This document shows, in pieces, positions 36,987 through 50,234 of a DNA stretch of 64,000 nucleotides. Each line of letters opens with the position of its first letter. Within the stretch, counting starts at the first letter, position 1. Both the position numbers and the translations under genes were made by a program. The notes under the pieces were generated by a model that was not told the DNA's origin, searched no databases, and saw nothing but the letters and a program-made list of their open reading frames with translations. Source of the stretch: Scenedesmus sp. PABB004 (Eukaryota); assembly GCA_014905635.1 (NCBI GenBank), contig CM026547.1, positions 1,054,001 to 1,118,000 on the forward strand. Direction: 5' to 3'.

Positions 36987-39900
36987 CTAAAACTCCCACG
37001 CGCCGCGCGACCCCGCGCCGCTGCCGCCGCCGCTGCCGGCGCTGCCCGCGCGCGCGGCGGGCGCAAAGCGCGTCCCGATCGCCTCCAGGTGCTGCTTCAG
37101 CACGCCCGGCGCGCCCGCCGCCGCGGCGCCGCCGCCGCCGTCCTGCAGCAGCGCCAGCAGCGCCGAGCCCTGGCTGCCCGCCCGCGCGCCTGGCTTGGCG
37201 CCGCGCGGCGCGCCGGGCCTGGCCGCCGCCTCCGGAATGAGCTTGCTCAGGCCGGCAAAGGACGAGGGGCCGGCGGGCCCGGCGCCTGCGCCGGCCGCCC
37301 TGGCGCCGCGCGAGCCCTCGTCGCCGGGGCCCGGGTTGCTGGCGGCGTTGCTCGGGTCTGAGCCAAACACGAACGAGCGGCTCGCGCCGTAGTTGGACGC
37401 CGCGCGCACGCTCACGCCCGCGCTGGCCTGGCGGCCGATGAAGCTCGCCGCCGCCGCGCCGAGCGGGCGCGCCGCGTTGGTGAGGTCCTTGCCAAACACC
37501 TGGAAGCTGAAGCCGCCGCCAGCGGCGCCGCCGGCGCCGCCGGCCTTGCCGGGGGCCGCGCCCGGCGCCGGCGCGGCGGACGCCGCGCGGCGCAGCGGAC
37601 CCAGGTTGCTCGGCGCCGGCGGCGCCGCCGCGAGCGAGCCCGCGCGCGCGGGCGGCGGCGGCGGCGCGCCCGCGAGCGACGCGGAGCGGCTGATGAGCGC
37701 GGCGGTGTGCTGCGAGTCCTCGTCCGCCGCCAGCTCGGCCTCCATGAGCTGCATCACGTCATCCTGCTGCGGCACACACACACGGGAGGAGAGGGGGCAG
37801 GGCAGGGCGCAGGGCAGGGCGCAAAGGCAGGGCGCAGCGGCGCGGTCAGCGGTCAGCGGTCAGCGATCAGCGGTGAGCGCGCAGCTGGCCGGCGGGGGCG
37901 CGCGTGCGCGTCGGCGGCGCTCACGTGCTGCGACTCGCTGGCCTGCTGCAGCTGCGCGATGCGGCGCTGCTTCTCGTGGTTGGCGAGCTCCGCCGCCGCC
38001 GCCGCCGCGGCCTGCGCCTGCTCCGCCTCGTCCTCCGCGAGCTGGAAGTCGAGCTGCTGCAGGCTGCCGTCCAGCAGCCCGCCCGCCTCCTCCTCCTCCT
38101 CCTCGCCGCCGAGCGTGCCCAGCAGCTGCGCGCGCCGGCGCCGCGCCGCCGCGTCGGTGCCGTCCTGCGGGCCGCGGCGGGCGCGGCAGCGGCAGCGGTG
38201 GGGGCGGGGGTCGGCGCGGCGCGCGCGGCAGCTGGGGCCGGCCCTGCCCAGCGGCGGCCCCCTTCCCCACGCCCCCGGCCGCAGCCGCGGCGCGCCTCGT
38301 CGTCGCCGTCGTCGAGCCCCGCCGCCTGGCGGCGCCTGCGTCGGAAGCCGCGCCGCATCGCGTCCAGCAGCTCGCGCACGCCGCGGTCCTCGGCCTCGTC
38401 CGCCCAGCGCGCGTGCAGCGCGGCGCGGCGCGCCTCGTCCATGCGGCCCTCCCTGACCTCGGCGATCAGCTCCGCCTGCGCGGCGCGGCGGCGGCGGCGG
38501 CGGGGCGGGCTCGGCGCGCGCGCACGTGCGCAAACCGCGGCGCCGCCGCCACGCGCGCGGGGCCCGCTGCCGGCCCACTGCGCGGCATGGCCGCCGCCGG
38601 AGCGCGCACCAGCATGCCGTCCGCGTCGTCGCTGTCCTCCTCGTCCGACTCGCCGTCGCCCGCGGCGCCCTCGTCGTCGCTGAGGTCGGCCTCCGCGTCG
38701 ATGAAGCCGCCGGCCGCCGCCGCGCGGCGCAGCTGGCGGTACACCTTGGAGCGCGGCCGCGGCGGCGCCGGCGCGGGGCCCGGCGAGCCGCGCTGCGGGC
38801 TGCCGCCGGCCAGCTCCTCCTCCTCCTCCTCAAAGTGCAGCGGCTCCGGCTCCGCCGCGTCCGACGGCGGCGCCTCCTCCTCCTCGCTGCTGTCGTGGCT
38901 CGGCAGCAGCTCCTCCTCGCTCTCGTCCACGAAGTCGTCCTCCTCCTCCTCCTCCTCCTCGCCGCCCTCCTCCTCCTCCTCCTCCTCGCCCTGCTCGCCC
39001 TCGCCCTCGCCGCTGCCGGGCTCGCCGTCGCCGCTGCCGCTGGCGTCCGGCTCCTCCGCCTCGCTGCCGGGGCCGCCCTCGGCCGCGCCCTGCTCGCCGC
39101 CGTCGCGCGCGCGCTCCTGGGGCTCGCTCCCGTCGAGGCGCAGGTCCAGCGCGGGCGCCTCGGTGCCGGCCAGCAGCTGCGTGCCCGCGGCGGGCGCGTC
39201 GGGGCCGCCGAGCGCCGGCAGCTCCTCCAGCAGCTGCTGCGTGTCCGGCGGCAGCGCCGCGCCGCCGCGCTGCGCCTGCGGCGCGGCGGGCTCGACCTCC
39301 AGATCGTCATCATCGTCCTCCATCTCCATCTCCCCGGACCCCTCCTCGCCAGCGCCCGGCAGCCCATCCAGCGCCTCGCCGCCGCCCGCCGCCTCGCCCG
39401 CCGGCGGCGGGTGCGCGTGCTGCTGCTTGCTGCCGGCGACGCTGCGCGCCTCGAGGTGGGCCTTCAGCTGCGCAAAGGTCATGGCGGGCTGCGCCTCGCA
39501 GTCGCCGACTGCCGCGCCGCCGGCGGCCGCCGCGTGCTGCTGCCGCGCCCTGCGGCCCGGCCGCGCCGCGGCGGTGCGGGGCGTCAGCCGCTGGCCAGGC
39601 CAGCTGGCAGCGGCAGCCGCCCGGGTGCCCCGCTGCCGGCCCGCGCACACTCACTTGGCCTCGAGCGCCGCCTGCCGCGCAGCCAGCTTGCCGAGGATGC
39701 TGCTCAGCGGCGCCACCTGCGGCACAAAGCCCTTGCCCAGCACATCGCGCGACGCGCAGTCTGCAGCGCGACAGGGCGGCGCGGCGCGGCGCGGCGGCGT
39801 GCGTGTGGGGCCGGACGCGGCCTTGCGGCCCGCCCGCCTGCCCTGCCGCCGCCCGCGCAGGCGCCAGGCACCGGCCGCGCGGCGAGCGTCTCACCGCGCA

Positions 39901-41069
39901 GCAGCTTCTGCGTGCGCGCAGCGGTGGCGTCCGCGTCCTCCGCCAGCATGCCCTCGTCGCCCGGCTGCCCCCGCTCGCTGCCGCTCGCGCTGCCCGAGTC
40001 GGAGCTGCGCGCCGCCCGCTCCGGCTCGCCAACCGAGGCTGCCGGGTGCGAGCCTGCGCGCGCAGGCGGCGCGGGAGCGGGGGCCGTCAGCCCGCGCGCC
40101 TGACGCGCTGCGCCGGCAGCGCGGCAGCTGGGTCGTACCTGCCCGCTCGCCTGGGGGCACGTCCGCGTCGGCCTCGTCGCCGTACAGCGTGCGCCGCCGG
40201 CTGCTGGGGTCGTACTCTGCCGCCGCGCCGGCCTCGCCAGCGGGTGCGTCCGCGCCGTCCGCGTTCGGCGCGGCGCCGCTGCCCTCGTCGCCCTGGCTGA
40301 GCAGCGGCGCGGGCTGGTCCTCCCACTCGTCGTCATCGTCGTCGTCGTCCAGCCGCTGCACGACCGGCGGCAGCTCCGGCTCGGGCGCTGCCGCGGCGGG
40401 CTCGGCCGCCGCCGGCGCCGGTGCCTGCGGCGACTCCGCGGCGGGCGCGGCCGCTGGCGAGGGTGCCCGCTGCGCTGCGTCCGCGCCGCCAGCCGCCGCC
40501 TGCGGCTGCGGCGCCGGCAGCGACGCGGGCAGCGCCGGCGCCTCCTCCTCCATCAGGTTCGGCTCGGGCTGCTGCTCCTGCTGCGACCGCGCTGGTGAGT
40601 GCTGCTGTGACTGCTGCTGCTGCTGTGACTGCTGCTGTGACTTCTGCTGCTGCGGCGACTGCTGCATCTGCTGCTGCGACGCCTGCTCCGGCGCGGGCGC
40701 CAGCTCGTCGTCGCCGCTGCCAGCGGCGCCGGCGTCCTGGTCGTCCGCCGCCGCCGCGTCGCGCGCGGCGGCGATCAGGGCCGCCTCCAGGCCGCCCCTG
40801 GCGCCGGGGGAGGCCTTGTGCGGCAGCTCTGCGTCGCCGCCGTCGTCCGGCTTCTCCACCGTCATCGCTGCCAGGCGGCTCAGCTTGCGCTTCGCCTTGG
40901 CCGGCTGCGACGCCTCGCCGCCTGCGGGGGCGGGGAGGGCAGGGAGTAAGCGATTGCTGCGGCGTGGGACCCGGGGTGGGGCGCGGCGGCGCCGCCCTGC
41001 GCCGCAGTGTTGAGGCCAACCTGCGGCGTCCATCTGCGCCCCCTGCTGCTCCCCGCCCGCGCCGCTCAT
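36987..41069 (-). CDS. MRC1/Claspin-like replication-checkpoint mediator (acidic, disordered); start uncertain, frame open to 41369
   Basis: FIDAEADLSDDE...ELIAEVREGRMDEARRAALHARWADEAEDRGVRELLDAMRRGFRRRRR resembles the MRC1-like domain; TQ/SQ motifs, poly-E; C-terminal SRSFVF. Confidence 0.7.
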
Positions 41070-41487
41070 GGCCGCGCCCGCTCGATCCCCGGGCCCCAGG
41101 CCTGCGGGAAGCAGCACGGAGAGGCGATGGAGGTGCTGCAGCGCTGGGGAGGCGGCGGGACCCGCTGAAGTGTTTGAAGCTGGTGGTGGGCTCGGGCCGA
41201 CTTCCGGGCTGCCTGAACTCCGTGCCGCGATGCTGGGGCGGGGCGCCGGGGCCGCAGGTCGCGCGAACGAAGCGAGCGTGTTACTTTTTTGAGCCGTGCC
41301 GCCGCCGCGTAGTGCCGGCCGCCTCCCCGCGGCTGCCGTCGTGCTGCTCCCGCGTTTGATCGGCGGCACGGCGGCCGAGCGGGGCAGCAGGAGACCCCCA
41401 CACCAAAGTCAACGCGCGCGCGCCGACCAGGCGCCGCAGCGTGGCCATGCCCGCCTAGCCCGTCCAGGCGCCCACCAGGCCGCCAGC

Positions 41488-44400
41488 ATGCCCGGGCGCG
41501 CACCGCCGCGGCGTGCCGCGGCGCTGGCGGCGCTCGCGCTGCTCGCGGCGGCGGGCAGCGCGCTCGGCCCTCGCCCCGCGGCGGCGACCAAGTGGACCTG
41601 GTTCGTGTACATGCTGGCCGACAACGACCTGGAGCAGTTCGGGCTCATGGACATGGAGGTGCGGAGGCGCGCGGCCGCGAGCGAGCGCCGCTGCCGCGTG
41701 CGGCCAGTCGCGTCCCGCGCCTTCGCGCTGCGCGCCGCCTCGCGCACGCGCCGCCTCACGCACGCGCGCGCGCGGCGCGCAGGAGATCATGGCTGGCATG
41801 TCGGCGGAGCCGCCGGGCTGCGTGAGCGCCGCGTGCGGCGCGGCCTGCCCCGCCGGCACGGTCGCCACGTACTCGGCCGCCTGCCCCGGCGGCGCCGCGC
41901 CGCGCTGCTGCCCGCCCGAGGCCTACCCGGACGTGCTGCTGCTGGTCGACCGCGGCTCGGGGCAGGCCGCGAGCTACGTCGCCGGCGCCGCGCCGCACGG
42001 AGACTACAGCCTGCTCACGACCGAGTGGACGACCGCCAAGGAGCTGCTCGCGCTGCCGGGTGGGTCGGCGGGCGGAGGGGCGGCAGCGGCCTCTCGCGCG
42101 CGGCGCGGCGGGGGCCGGGCGCCGGCGCCGCCGAGCACCGCGCCGCGCCGCGCAGGCGGGCAGTGGCAGCAGCTGAAGGACCACGCGGAGCTCGACCTCG
42201 CGTCGCCGGCGGTGCTCGCAGACTTCCTGCGCCGCGGCCTGCAGCGGTGCGCGTGCGCGCGCGTGCGGCCGGCGCCGGGAGGGCGCCGCCGCGCCGGCTG
42301 CTGCAGGCCCCGCCCGCTCATGATCAGCGCGCGCGCCCGCGGCCCCGGCCCACGCACACGCACACGCACACGCCCGCGCCCGCGCCGCCACCCGCGCGCA
42401 GCTTCCCCCCGAGCGCTGACCGCAAGTACATGCTGGTGTTCTGGGACCACGGCAGCGGGTGGTGGGGCTACGGCGTGGACCACACGTGCGGCGTGGTCGA
42501 CGCGTACAGCAGCTCGCGCGGCTGCGACATGCTCACGATGCGCAAACTCGCGCAGGGTGCGGCGCCGCGCGGCTGTCTGTGTCTGTGTGTGCGCGCACGC
42601 GCGCGCCCCCGCAACGCCGCGCCCGCTCACACGCCGCTCCCACGGCGCTCCCGCGGCGCCGCCGCGCGGCGGCGGGCAGGCCTGTCGGACGGGCTGGTGC
42701 ACCCCGACAGCGGCGCGGCGGTGAAGCTGGACATCATCGGCTTTGACGCCTGCCTGATGTCCATGTACGAGGTCGCGTCCACGCTCGCCCCCCACGCGCA
42801 CCACCTGCTCGCGAGCGAGCTGCTCGAGCCGGGGCACGGCTGGGACTACGCGGCGCCGCTCGCGGCGACGACGGCCGCCGGCGGCGCGCTCGGCAGCGCC
42901 GGCCTCGCGCGGGCCGTCATCGACGGCTACCTCCAGCAGGCGCGGCCGGTGCAGGGTTCTGGGCGTGCGCCGCCGCCGGCCTGCGCGCGCGTGCGGGCGG
43001 GGCGCGCGCCGCGCGCCTGCTGCGGCCGCCCCCACCCGCGGCCGCCGGCGGCGCGGCGGCGCGCGCAGGCGGCCGCGTACGAGACGTCCGGCCTCACGCT
43101 CGCGCTGGTCGACCTGGGCGTGGCCGGCGGCGCGCTGGAGGCGGGCGTGGCGGGGCTCGCCGCGTACTTGGCACGCCAGCTTGCCGCCGACCCGGGTGCG
43201 CGCGAGCTGCAGCCGGCAGGCCCAGGGGCGGCGCAGCGCATGCGCGCGCGCGGGGAGGGCCGCGCGCTGAGGGCCGGCCCGCCGCCGCGCTGCAGCGTAC
43301 GCGATGCTGCTCCTGCGCCGGCGCGCCGCGCTGGGCAAGATCTCGGGCGCCGAGGAGAACGGTGCGCAGGGCCGTGGCGCACGCCGCGCGCCCGCGGCCG
43401 CGCGCGCGGGGTGGGGCAGCGCGCCCGCCCAACACCAACGCGCGCGCGCGCCCCGCAGTCGACCTTGGCGCGCTGCTGGCGGGGCTGCGCGGCCTCGACG
43501 GCTCGCCCGCGCTCGCGGCGGCGCTCGCGCCCGCCCTCGACGCCTACAACGGCAGCGTGGCCGCGTTTGACCGCGACGCCGAGCTCGCCGACGTGCGCGC
43601 GCCGCCGAAGCACGCGCGCGCGCGCCGCCGCCCCACGGCTCACGCCCCCTCACACCCCCTCACGCCCCCTCACGCCCCTTCACGCCCCCCACGCCCGTCC
43701 CTGCCCCCTGGCGCCTTGCAGGGCTCCGGCGTGGCCATCTACTTCCCCAGCTCCGCGGCGGCGCTGTCGCCCGCGTACGCCGGCTTCACCGCCGCCGACC
43801 CGACCGCGCTCTCGGGCTGGGCCGCCTTCCTGGACGCCATGTATGCCGCGACCGCGGCCTACACCAGCGACCCGCTGCTCGGTGCGCGCGCGCGCCGGCC
43901 GCGCGCAGCTGCGCCTCCGCCGCGCCCGCCCGCCCGCCTGCCACGCGCGCCTGCTGCACACACGCCGCGGGCCACGCCGCGCAGCTGACTTTGGGTTTGA
44001 GGAGGCCAGCGCCGCGCCGTACCTGGCGGTCTCGACCGGGAGCTGGGTCACGCACGGCACGCTGACCAACCACATGGGCCTCACGTCGGCGCTGCTCTAC
44101 GGCTTCCGCTCGCCCAGCAACACCCAGTTCATCACCGCCGGCAGCGCCGAGGCGCAGCTCCAGGGCAGGCGCGCCGCGCCGCGGCCGCGCCGCCGTCGCG
44201 CGCCGCGGCGGGGCGCTGCGCGCCGCGGCAGCGCGCTGCGCGCTGCGCCGTGTCCGACTCGCAACCGGCGCGGCTGCCATCCCCGTGCGCAGGCTGGCGG
44301 TGGGCGCGTGGTCGGGGTACCTCTTCGGGCTGCTGCAGGACGTCTCGCCCGGCGACGGCGCGGTCGACGGCCTCGCGCTCGCGCACGTCGACGAGGCGCG

Positions 44401-47400
44401 CGTGCTCGCGCCCGACCGCTCCGTCGCGCAGCTCATCCTGCAGGCCAAGGCGCGCCGCGCCGCGCCGCGCCGCGCCGCGCCGCGCCGCGCGCCGCCACCG
44501 CCGGCCTGGGTCGCCCCCGGCCGCGCCGCGCTCCGCGCCGCGCCGCGCGGTTTTGCTGACCGCGCCGCGGGGCGCAGGTCTTCTACGCGGCCAGCTGCAC
44601 CGCGGCCGCGGCGGACATGAAGCGCGGGGTGCTCAAATACGTCTACGACACCGCCGGCGCCAACGCGACGCTGCAGCTCTTCGTCAGCTCGACGGGTGCG
44701 CCGCGCGCTCGGGGCAGCCCAACAACTCGGGGTCAAAACGCGCGGACGTGCGGGGTCAAACGGTGTGCTTCCGACCCCGGGGCGCCGACCCCGCGCGCAG
44801 GCTCCTCCTGGGGCGAGGTCCCCCCCGCGCAGGGCGGCGTGGTCGTGCCCTACATGGGCAGCTACGCCCTCGACGGCGGCGGCGCCGCGGGCGCGGGCGG
44901 GCGGCCGGGCGCGTCGTTCGGCTACGCCGACTGCCTCAAGTGGGGCTACCGCGACGCGATCCGGCTCGCCGCGTTTGACGCGACGCAGGCGGCCGACATC
45001 CTGGGGCTCGACCTCGCACGCGTGCGCGCAGCGGCGGCTGGCGGCTGATGCATCACGCCCCGCGGCGGCGGCTGAGCGCGGCGCCCGCGGCGCCGACACC
45101 CGCCCGCCCGCGCGCGCACGCACACGGCGGCGCCGCAGGACATGGAGACGCAGCTGCTGGTGACCTCGATCGACGGCGAGGTCGCCGGCCTGCCGGGGTT
45201 CTTCGGCCCGGCGCAAAAGACGCTCGCGGGGTGCCAGTGCAGCCAGGCGTGGCCGTACAATGCAAGCGACGGCACCGTGACGGTCGTGCGCGGCGCGTGC
45301 ATCAACCCCGGCGCCGACCCGCGCGGCGCGTGGTGCCGCTACGCCCCCGACAGCTGCACCAACGCGAGCGGTGCGCGCGCGGGCCCCGCAGACCGCGCGG
45401 GGCGCCTGCCGAGGGCGCGCGGCCGCAACTCTCACGCCGCCGCTGCGCGCCGCTTGCGCGCAGCCGCGGCCAGCGCGGAGTGGGACTACTGCGCGCCCAC
45501 GGTCACGCTGTCGGGGTGCCGCTGCCACCCGAGCTGGGCGCTCGGCGGCGAGACGCACTACGGCTCGTGCGCGTCGGACGGCGACCCGCGGGGGTCGTGG
45601 TGCGTCGTCGACCGCGCAAGCTGCCCCGGCCCGCACCGCGCGCACCGCTTTGGCGCGGAGCACGCCATCAACGCCACGGTCGGCGGCGGCGCCGCGACGC
45701 TGACCGGGCTGGACTTTGACTTCTGCCAGACCACCACCGTCAACGGCTGCCACTGCCGCAACGCCTGGGCCTACGCCGGAGACACGCACGCGGGCACGTG
45801 CCGGCAAGGCCTCGCGGGCGGCGGCGCGCTGCCGGGGTTTAGCGCCGCCACGCCCTGGTGCTTCGTCGACGGCGTCGACGGCGGCACCTGCGCGGGCTCG
45901 GGCTACGTTGGGGGCCACATGGTCGACATCTGCACGCCCGAGGGTGGCCGCGTCGCGGTGTCGGGCGCGGCGTGCGAGCTGCCGGCGAGCTACGGCGGCG
46001 CGCTGATGTACGACTGCCTCGCCTACAACCTCACCGCGCCCGGCGGCGCCGCCGCGGCCGCGGCGCCCTGGTGCTTCACCAACGCGACCGCGGGCGCGCA
46101 GGAGGCGTGCGCGCCGTGGAGCTGCGGCGCCGCGGTCAGGCGGGCCTGCCCGCCGTTCGACCCCGCCGCGCCGCCGCCCGACGCCGCGCTGCCCGGCTGG
46201 GCGGCGCCGGCCTGCCTCGAGGCGCTGTGCAGCGCGCGGCAGGCGCTCGCCAACATCAGCCAGTGCGCGGCGACCGACGGGCCCGCCGACCGCGCGGCGC
46301 TGGCCGGCGCGTACTCGTACCTGGCCGCCAGCCCCGCGTTCGGCGCCCTGCTCGCCGGCGCGACCGGCGCCGCGTCGCTGGGCGCGCACTGCGCGGCGGC
46401 GTCCGGGGAGCTGTGCGTGGACGCGCTGCTCGACCCGGCCTGCCCCGCGCTCTACCGCGCGGGCAATCGCTGGTTCATGGACGCCACGCCGGCGGGGCTC
46501 TGCGACACGGGCTGCCTCACCGCGCTGTGCCGGCTGCAGGAGGCGGCCAAGGCGAGCGTCCAAGGCACGCCGAGCTGGGAGCAGCACGTCGCCGCGGCGC
46601 GCGGCTTCTCGCCGCCCGGCACCGTGTGCGCGGACGCGGCGCTGGAGACGCTCGTGCGCTGGACGCTCATGGCCGAGATGGACCGCTCCTGCGGCTGGCC
46701 CGGCCCGGCCAGCCTCGCCTGCAACCGGCTGCTTTCGGAGCCGCAGCTCTGCGCGGCCGAGACCGCGCTCACGGCGCTGGCGGGCGACGTCAGCGACGCC
46801 GTGCCGCCGGGCGGGCGCTACGCGCCGAGCAGCGCGTGCGCGTGGACGGTCAGCACGCCCAACCTTCCCTTCATCACCCTGAACTTCACGACCTTTGACA
46901 CGGAGCCCCTCTACGACGTACTCACGGTCGAGGTGGGCCGGAAGGGCGCGGCGCGGCGCGGGGCGGGGCGGGGCGCGGCGCGGCGCGGCGCGCACGCACC
47001 TGCCTTGGACCGCGCGGCGCAGCGGGCCGTGGCTCGCCGGCGTGGCGCCTGACAACGGCCCGCCGCCGCCGCCGCCGCCGCCACGCCGGGCAGGACTCTG
47101 ACGGCGTGATTGGCATGTTCAGCGGCGACGCGCTGCCGCCGGCGCTGAGCACCGACACGGGCGTCCTGCGGCTGCGCTTCGTGTCGGACTCGAGCCTGCA
47201 GCGCGGCGGCTTTGCCGCGAGCTACTCGGCGTCGGCGAGCCCCCAGGTCGCGCTGCCCGCGTGCGGCGCGCGGGAGAAGCTGGTGCAGGTGGTGCTGCGC
47301 AGCCGCGCGTACGGCGCGGAGCTGAGCTGGCTCGTCACGTCGCGCAGCAGCATCGCCGCGCTCAACCCGCCGAGCGCGCTCAACATCGTCATGGCCGGTG

Positions 47401-50234
47401 CGCCGCGCCGACGGCCGGGCAGCAAGCGCGTCGTCGCGGGAGGCACAGGGCGGCGCTGCGTGCACAGCATGCGCGTGGCGACCGTGCCTGCGTCCGCGCC
47501 GGTCCGCGCCGCGCAGGCGGGCTGCTGCCGGCGGCGCTGCGGTCCAAGGTGCCGCGCGGCGTCGCGGCCGTCGCGGACGGCGAGTACGGGGATTATCGCA
47601 GCTACTACTCTTATGCCTGCCTGCGCCTCGGCGAATACAGCCTACACCTGTACGACAGCTACGGCGACGGCTGGGACGGCGGGCGGCTGTCGCTCACGCA
47701 GATGCTCAGCGCGTCGTCGGGATGCCAGCTGCTGAGCGCGACCACGGCCGCCGCGGACGTGAGCCTGCCGTTCACCATCACGGTGCGCCTGCGCGCGCGA
47801 GAGCCGGGGCGCACGGGCGCCGGGGTTGTGCCGCGCGCTCGCTGCCGCGCGCCGCCACTGACAGCGGCGGCGCCTCCGCTGCTGCCGCAGGAGGACGCCG
47901 ACACGAGCAGCGCGGCCTGCGCGTCGCTGGTCAGCGCGGGCGCGGCGGAGTCGTGGTACGCGGAGGCGGGCATCGTTGTGCGGGGCGAGCACACGGGCAG
48001 CTTCAACCTGGCGAAGCAGCGCAAGGTCAAGGAGGCGCTCGCGCTGCTGCTCGACGTCGACGCGGCGGGCGTGAGCATCCAGGAGCTGGCCAACGCGAGC
48101 GCGGCCGACCTGGCCGCGACGGCGTGGGGCAACAGGAGCGCTGCGCAGGCGACTGGCGTCGGTGGTGGCGGCGGCGGCGGCGACGGCGGCGGCGCGCCCA
48201 TCGGCCGCGTGCTGCTTGCCGCTGCTCAGCGTGGCGCGCCGCCGGCTGCGCCGCCGGCTGGCAGCGTCCAGGCGCTGCTGCACGAGCAGGGGGCCTGGCA
48301 GGGCCCCGCGCCCGAGGCGGGCGGAGGCGGCCGGCGCGAGGCGCTCCGCAGGCTGGCGCGCCCGGTGAGCGAGCTGGTCGCCTCTGGCGCGCTCGACGCC
48401 GGGCAGCGGCAGCTGCAGCAGGTGGCGGACCAGCTGCGCGAGCAGGAGCGCGGCGGCCCGACGGCCGCGCCGCCGGCCCCCGGCGCGTGGCCGCTGGAGC
48501 CGGAGTGCGCCGAGCCCGGGCAGTGCCAGCCGGGCGCGGTGTGCGCCGCTGCGTGCGCCGGGCCGGCCGGCCGCCGGCTGCAGCAGCTGCTCACGCTCAG
48601 CCAGGAGGGGGATTGGCTCGACGCCGACGCGGCGCCCGCGCCGGCTGCCGCCGGCGGTGCGAGCGTGGCGGCCGTGCTGGCTGCGCAGCCGCTGCAGGCG
48701 CCCGGCGGCGCCGGCGCGGGCGGGCAGGGGGCGGCGCGGTGGCGTCACTGCTGCAGCCGCTGCGGCCGCTGTCGGGCCCGCGGCCGCGCAACGGGACGTC
48801 ACGCGGCGGCAGGGTCAAGCACGTCGTGCTGTCGGCCAGCTTCCGCGATGCCTTTGCCAGCAGCGCTGACGGCAGTGGCGGCACTGGCGGCGGCAGTGGC
48901 GGCGGTGCGCAGACGGCGGCGGCAGTGCCCAAGCCCAGCGCCGCCGACACTGCGCCCGCGCCCGGCGCCGCCGCGGCTGCGGGGGGCGCAGCAACCGCCG
49001 GGTCTGCGGTCGCCGTGTTTGATGCCATCCGGCCGCAGCGCTCCATGCTTGGGCAGGACCTTGGGGGTGGCGGCGGTGGCGCGCGGCCACTGCAGCGCGA
49101 GGCCAGGGCCACCGGTCGCGCTGGCGGCGGCCGGGCCGCGAGCGTCGCCGCGGCCGACGCCGCTGCGCTGGTGGGCGCGCCGCGCGTGCGACCCGACCAC
49201 AGCCGCCCGCGGCCCAAGCCCGTGACGCCGCGGCGGAGCGCCAAGGGCGGCGCGGCGTCGGGCGGCGGCGCCGCGGCGCACCTGGGCGTGCTCGGGCCCA
49301 AGACGCCGCTGCGGCGGAGGGCCCGCAAGCGCCACGCGCGGCCGGCCAAGGCGCCCACTGCGCCGCCGCCCCCGGCGTGCCGGACGCCGCCGCCGTCCAG
49401 CAGCCCGCGCGCACCGGCCGCGCGCTGCGCGAGGCTGCGGGCGGCGGCGGCGCGCTGCTGCTCGTCGCGCGCGTGAGCGGCTACGCCAGCCAGGCGGCGG
49501 CCGGGCAGGCGGCGGCGGCGCTGTCGCGCCTGGTGGCCAACGGCACGCTGCGCAGCACGCTCGCGGCGCAGGGCTGGGCGGACGTCGAGCTGGGCCTCGC
49601 CTTCACGCGCACCGGCGAGCGCGCGGGCCCGCCCGCGGCGCGGCCCTGGCGCACCATCATCATCGCCGCAGCGGCCGCCGGCGGCGGCGCGCTGCTGCTC
49701 GCGCTCGCCGGCGCGCTGTGGTACGCGCGGCGCGCGCGCGCCGCCGGCGCGGCGGCCGTGCCCGCCGCCGGCCCCGGTGCGGGGCGCGGCCACGCGCGCA
49801 TGTCGGCGCCGCCCGGCCTGCTGGCGTACGGCGGCGCCGGCGCCGCGGCCCTGCCGGCCTTTGGCGCCCCCGCGCCCGGCGGCGGGGCTGGCGGCGGCGC
49901 GTACGGCCGCGCGCGCAGCAACACCAGCCCACCGCCCGCATTCCGGGCGGGCGGCGTTTGCAGCCCGAGCGACGTACACGCGGCGGTGCAGGCCAACCCC
50001 TTTGCGCCGCCGGTGCAGCAGGCGCGGCAGTGGCAGCAGCCGCAGCACGGCGCGGGGCCGCGCGCTCAGCCCTGGGTTGGCGGCGGCGGCGGCGGCGGCG
50101 GCGGCCCGCCAGCGCAGCAGGCGCCGCCAGACCTCACGGCGGTGGAGGCCTTCACCGCGCCGCGCTCTGCCGCGGCGTCGGTCGTCCAGCACCAGACGCG
50201 CGGCGGGCGCGCCAGCCACGCGTCGCTCCTGTGA
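41488..50234 (+). CDS. Giant type I membrane protein: clostripain (peptidase C11) + Cys-rich FN2/kringle-like repeats + CUB + low-complexity stalk + TM + cytoplasmic tail
   Basis: Signal peptide; KWTWFVYMLADNDLE; WDHGSGW (His 42448); IIGFDACLMSMYEV (Cys 42751); ASELLEPGHGWDY; GVAIYFP; GCxC..W..C..WC repeats; CUB (YAPSSACAWTV...FDTEPLYDVL...LRFVSDSSLQRGGFAASY); TM ~49654-49724; about 16 introns. Confidence 0.88.
43639..43697. repeat. 10-bp minisatellite (CTCACGCCCC)n in an intron
   Basis: Read directly. Confidence 0.8.
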
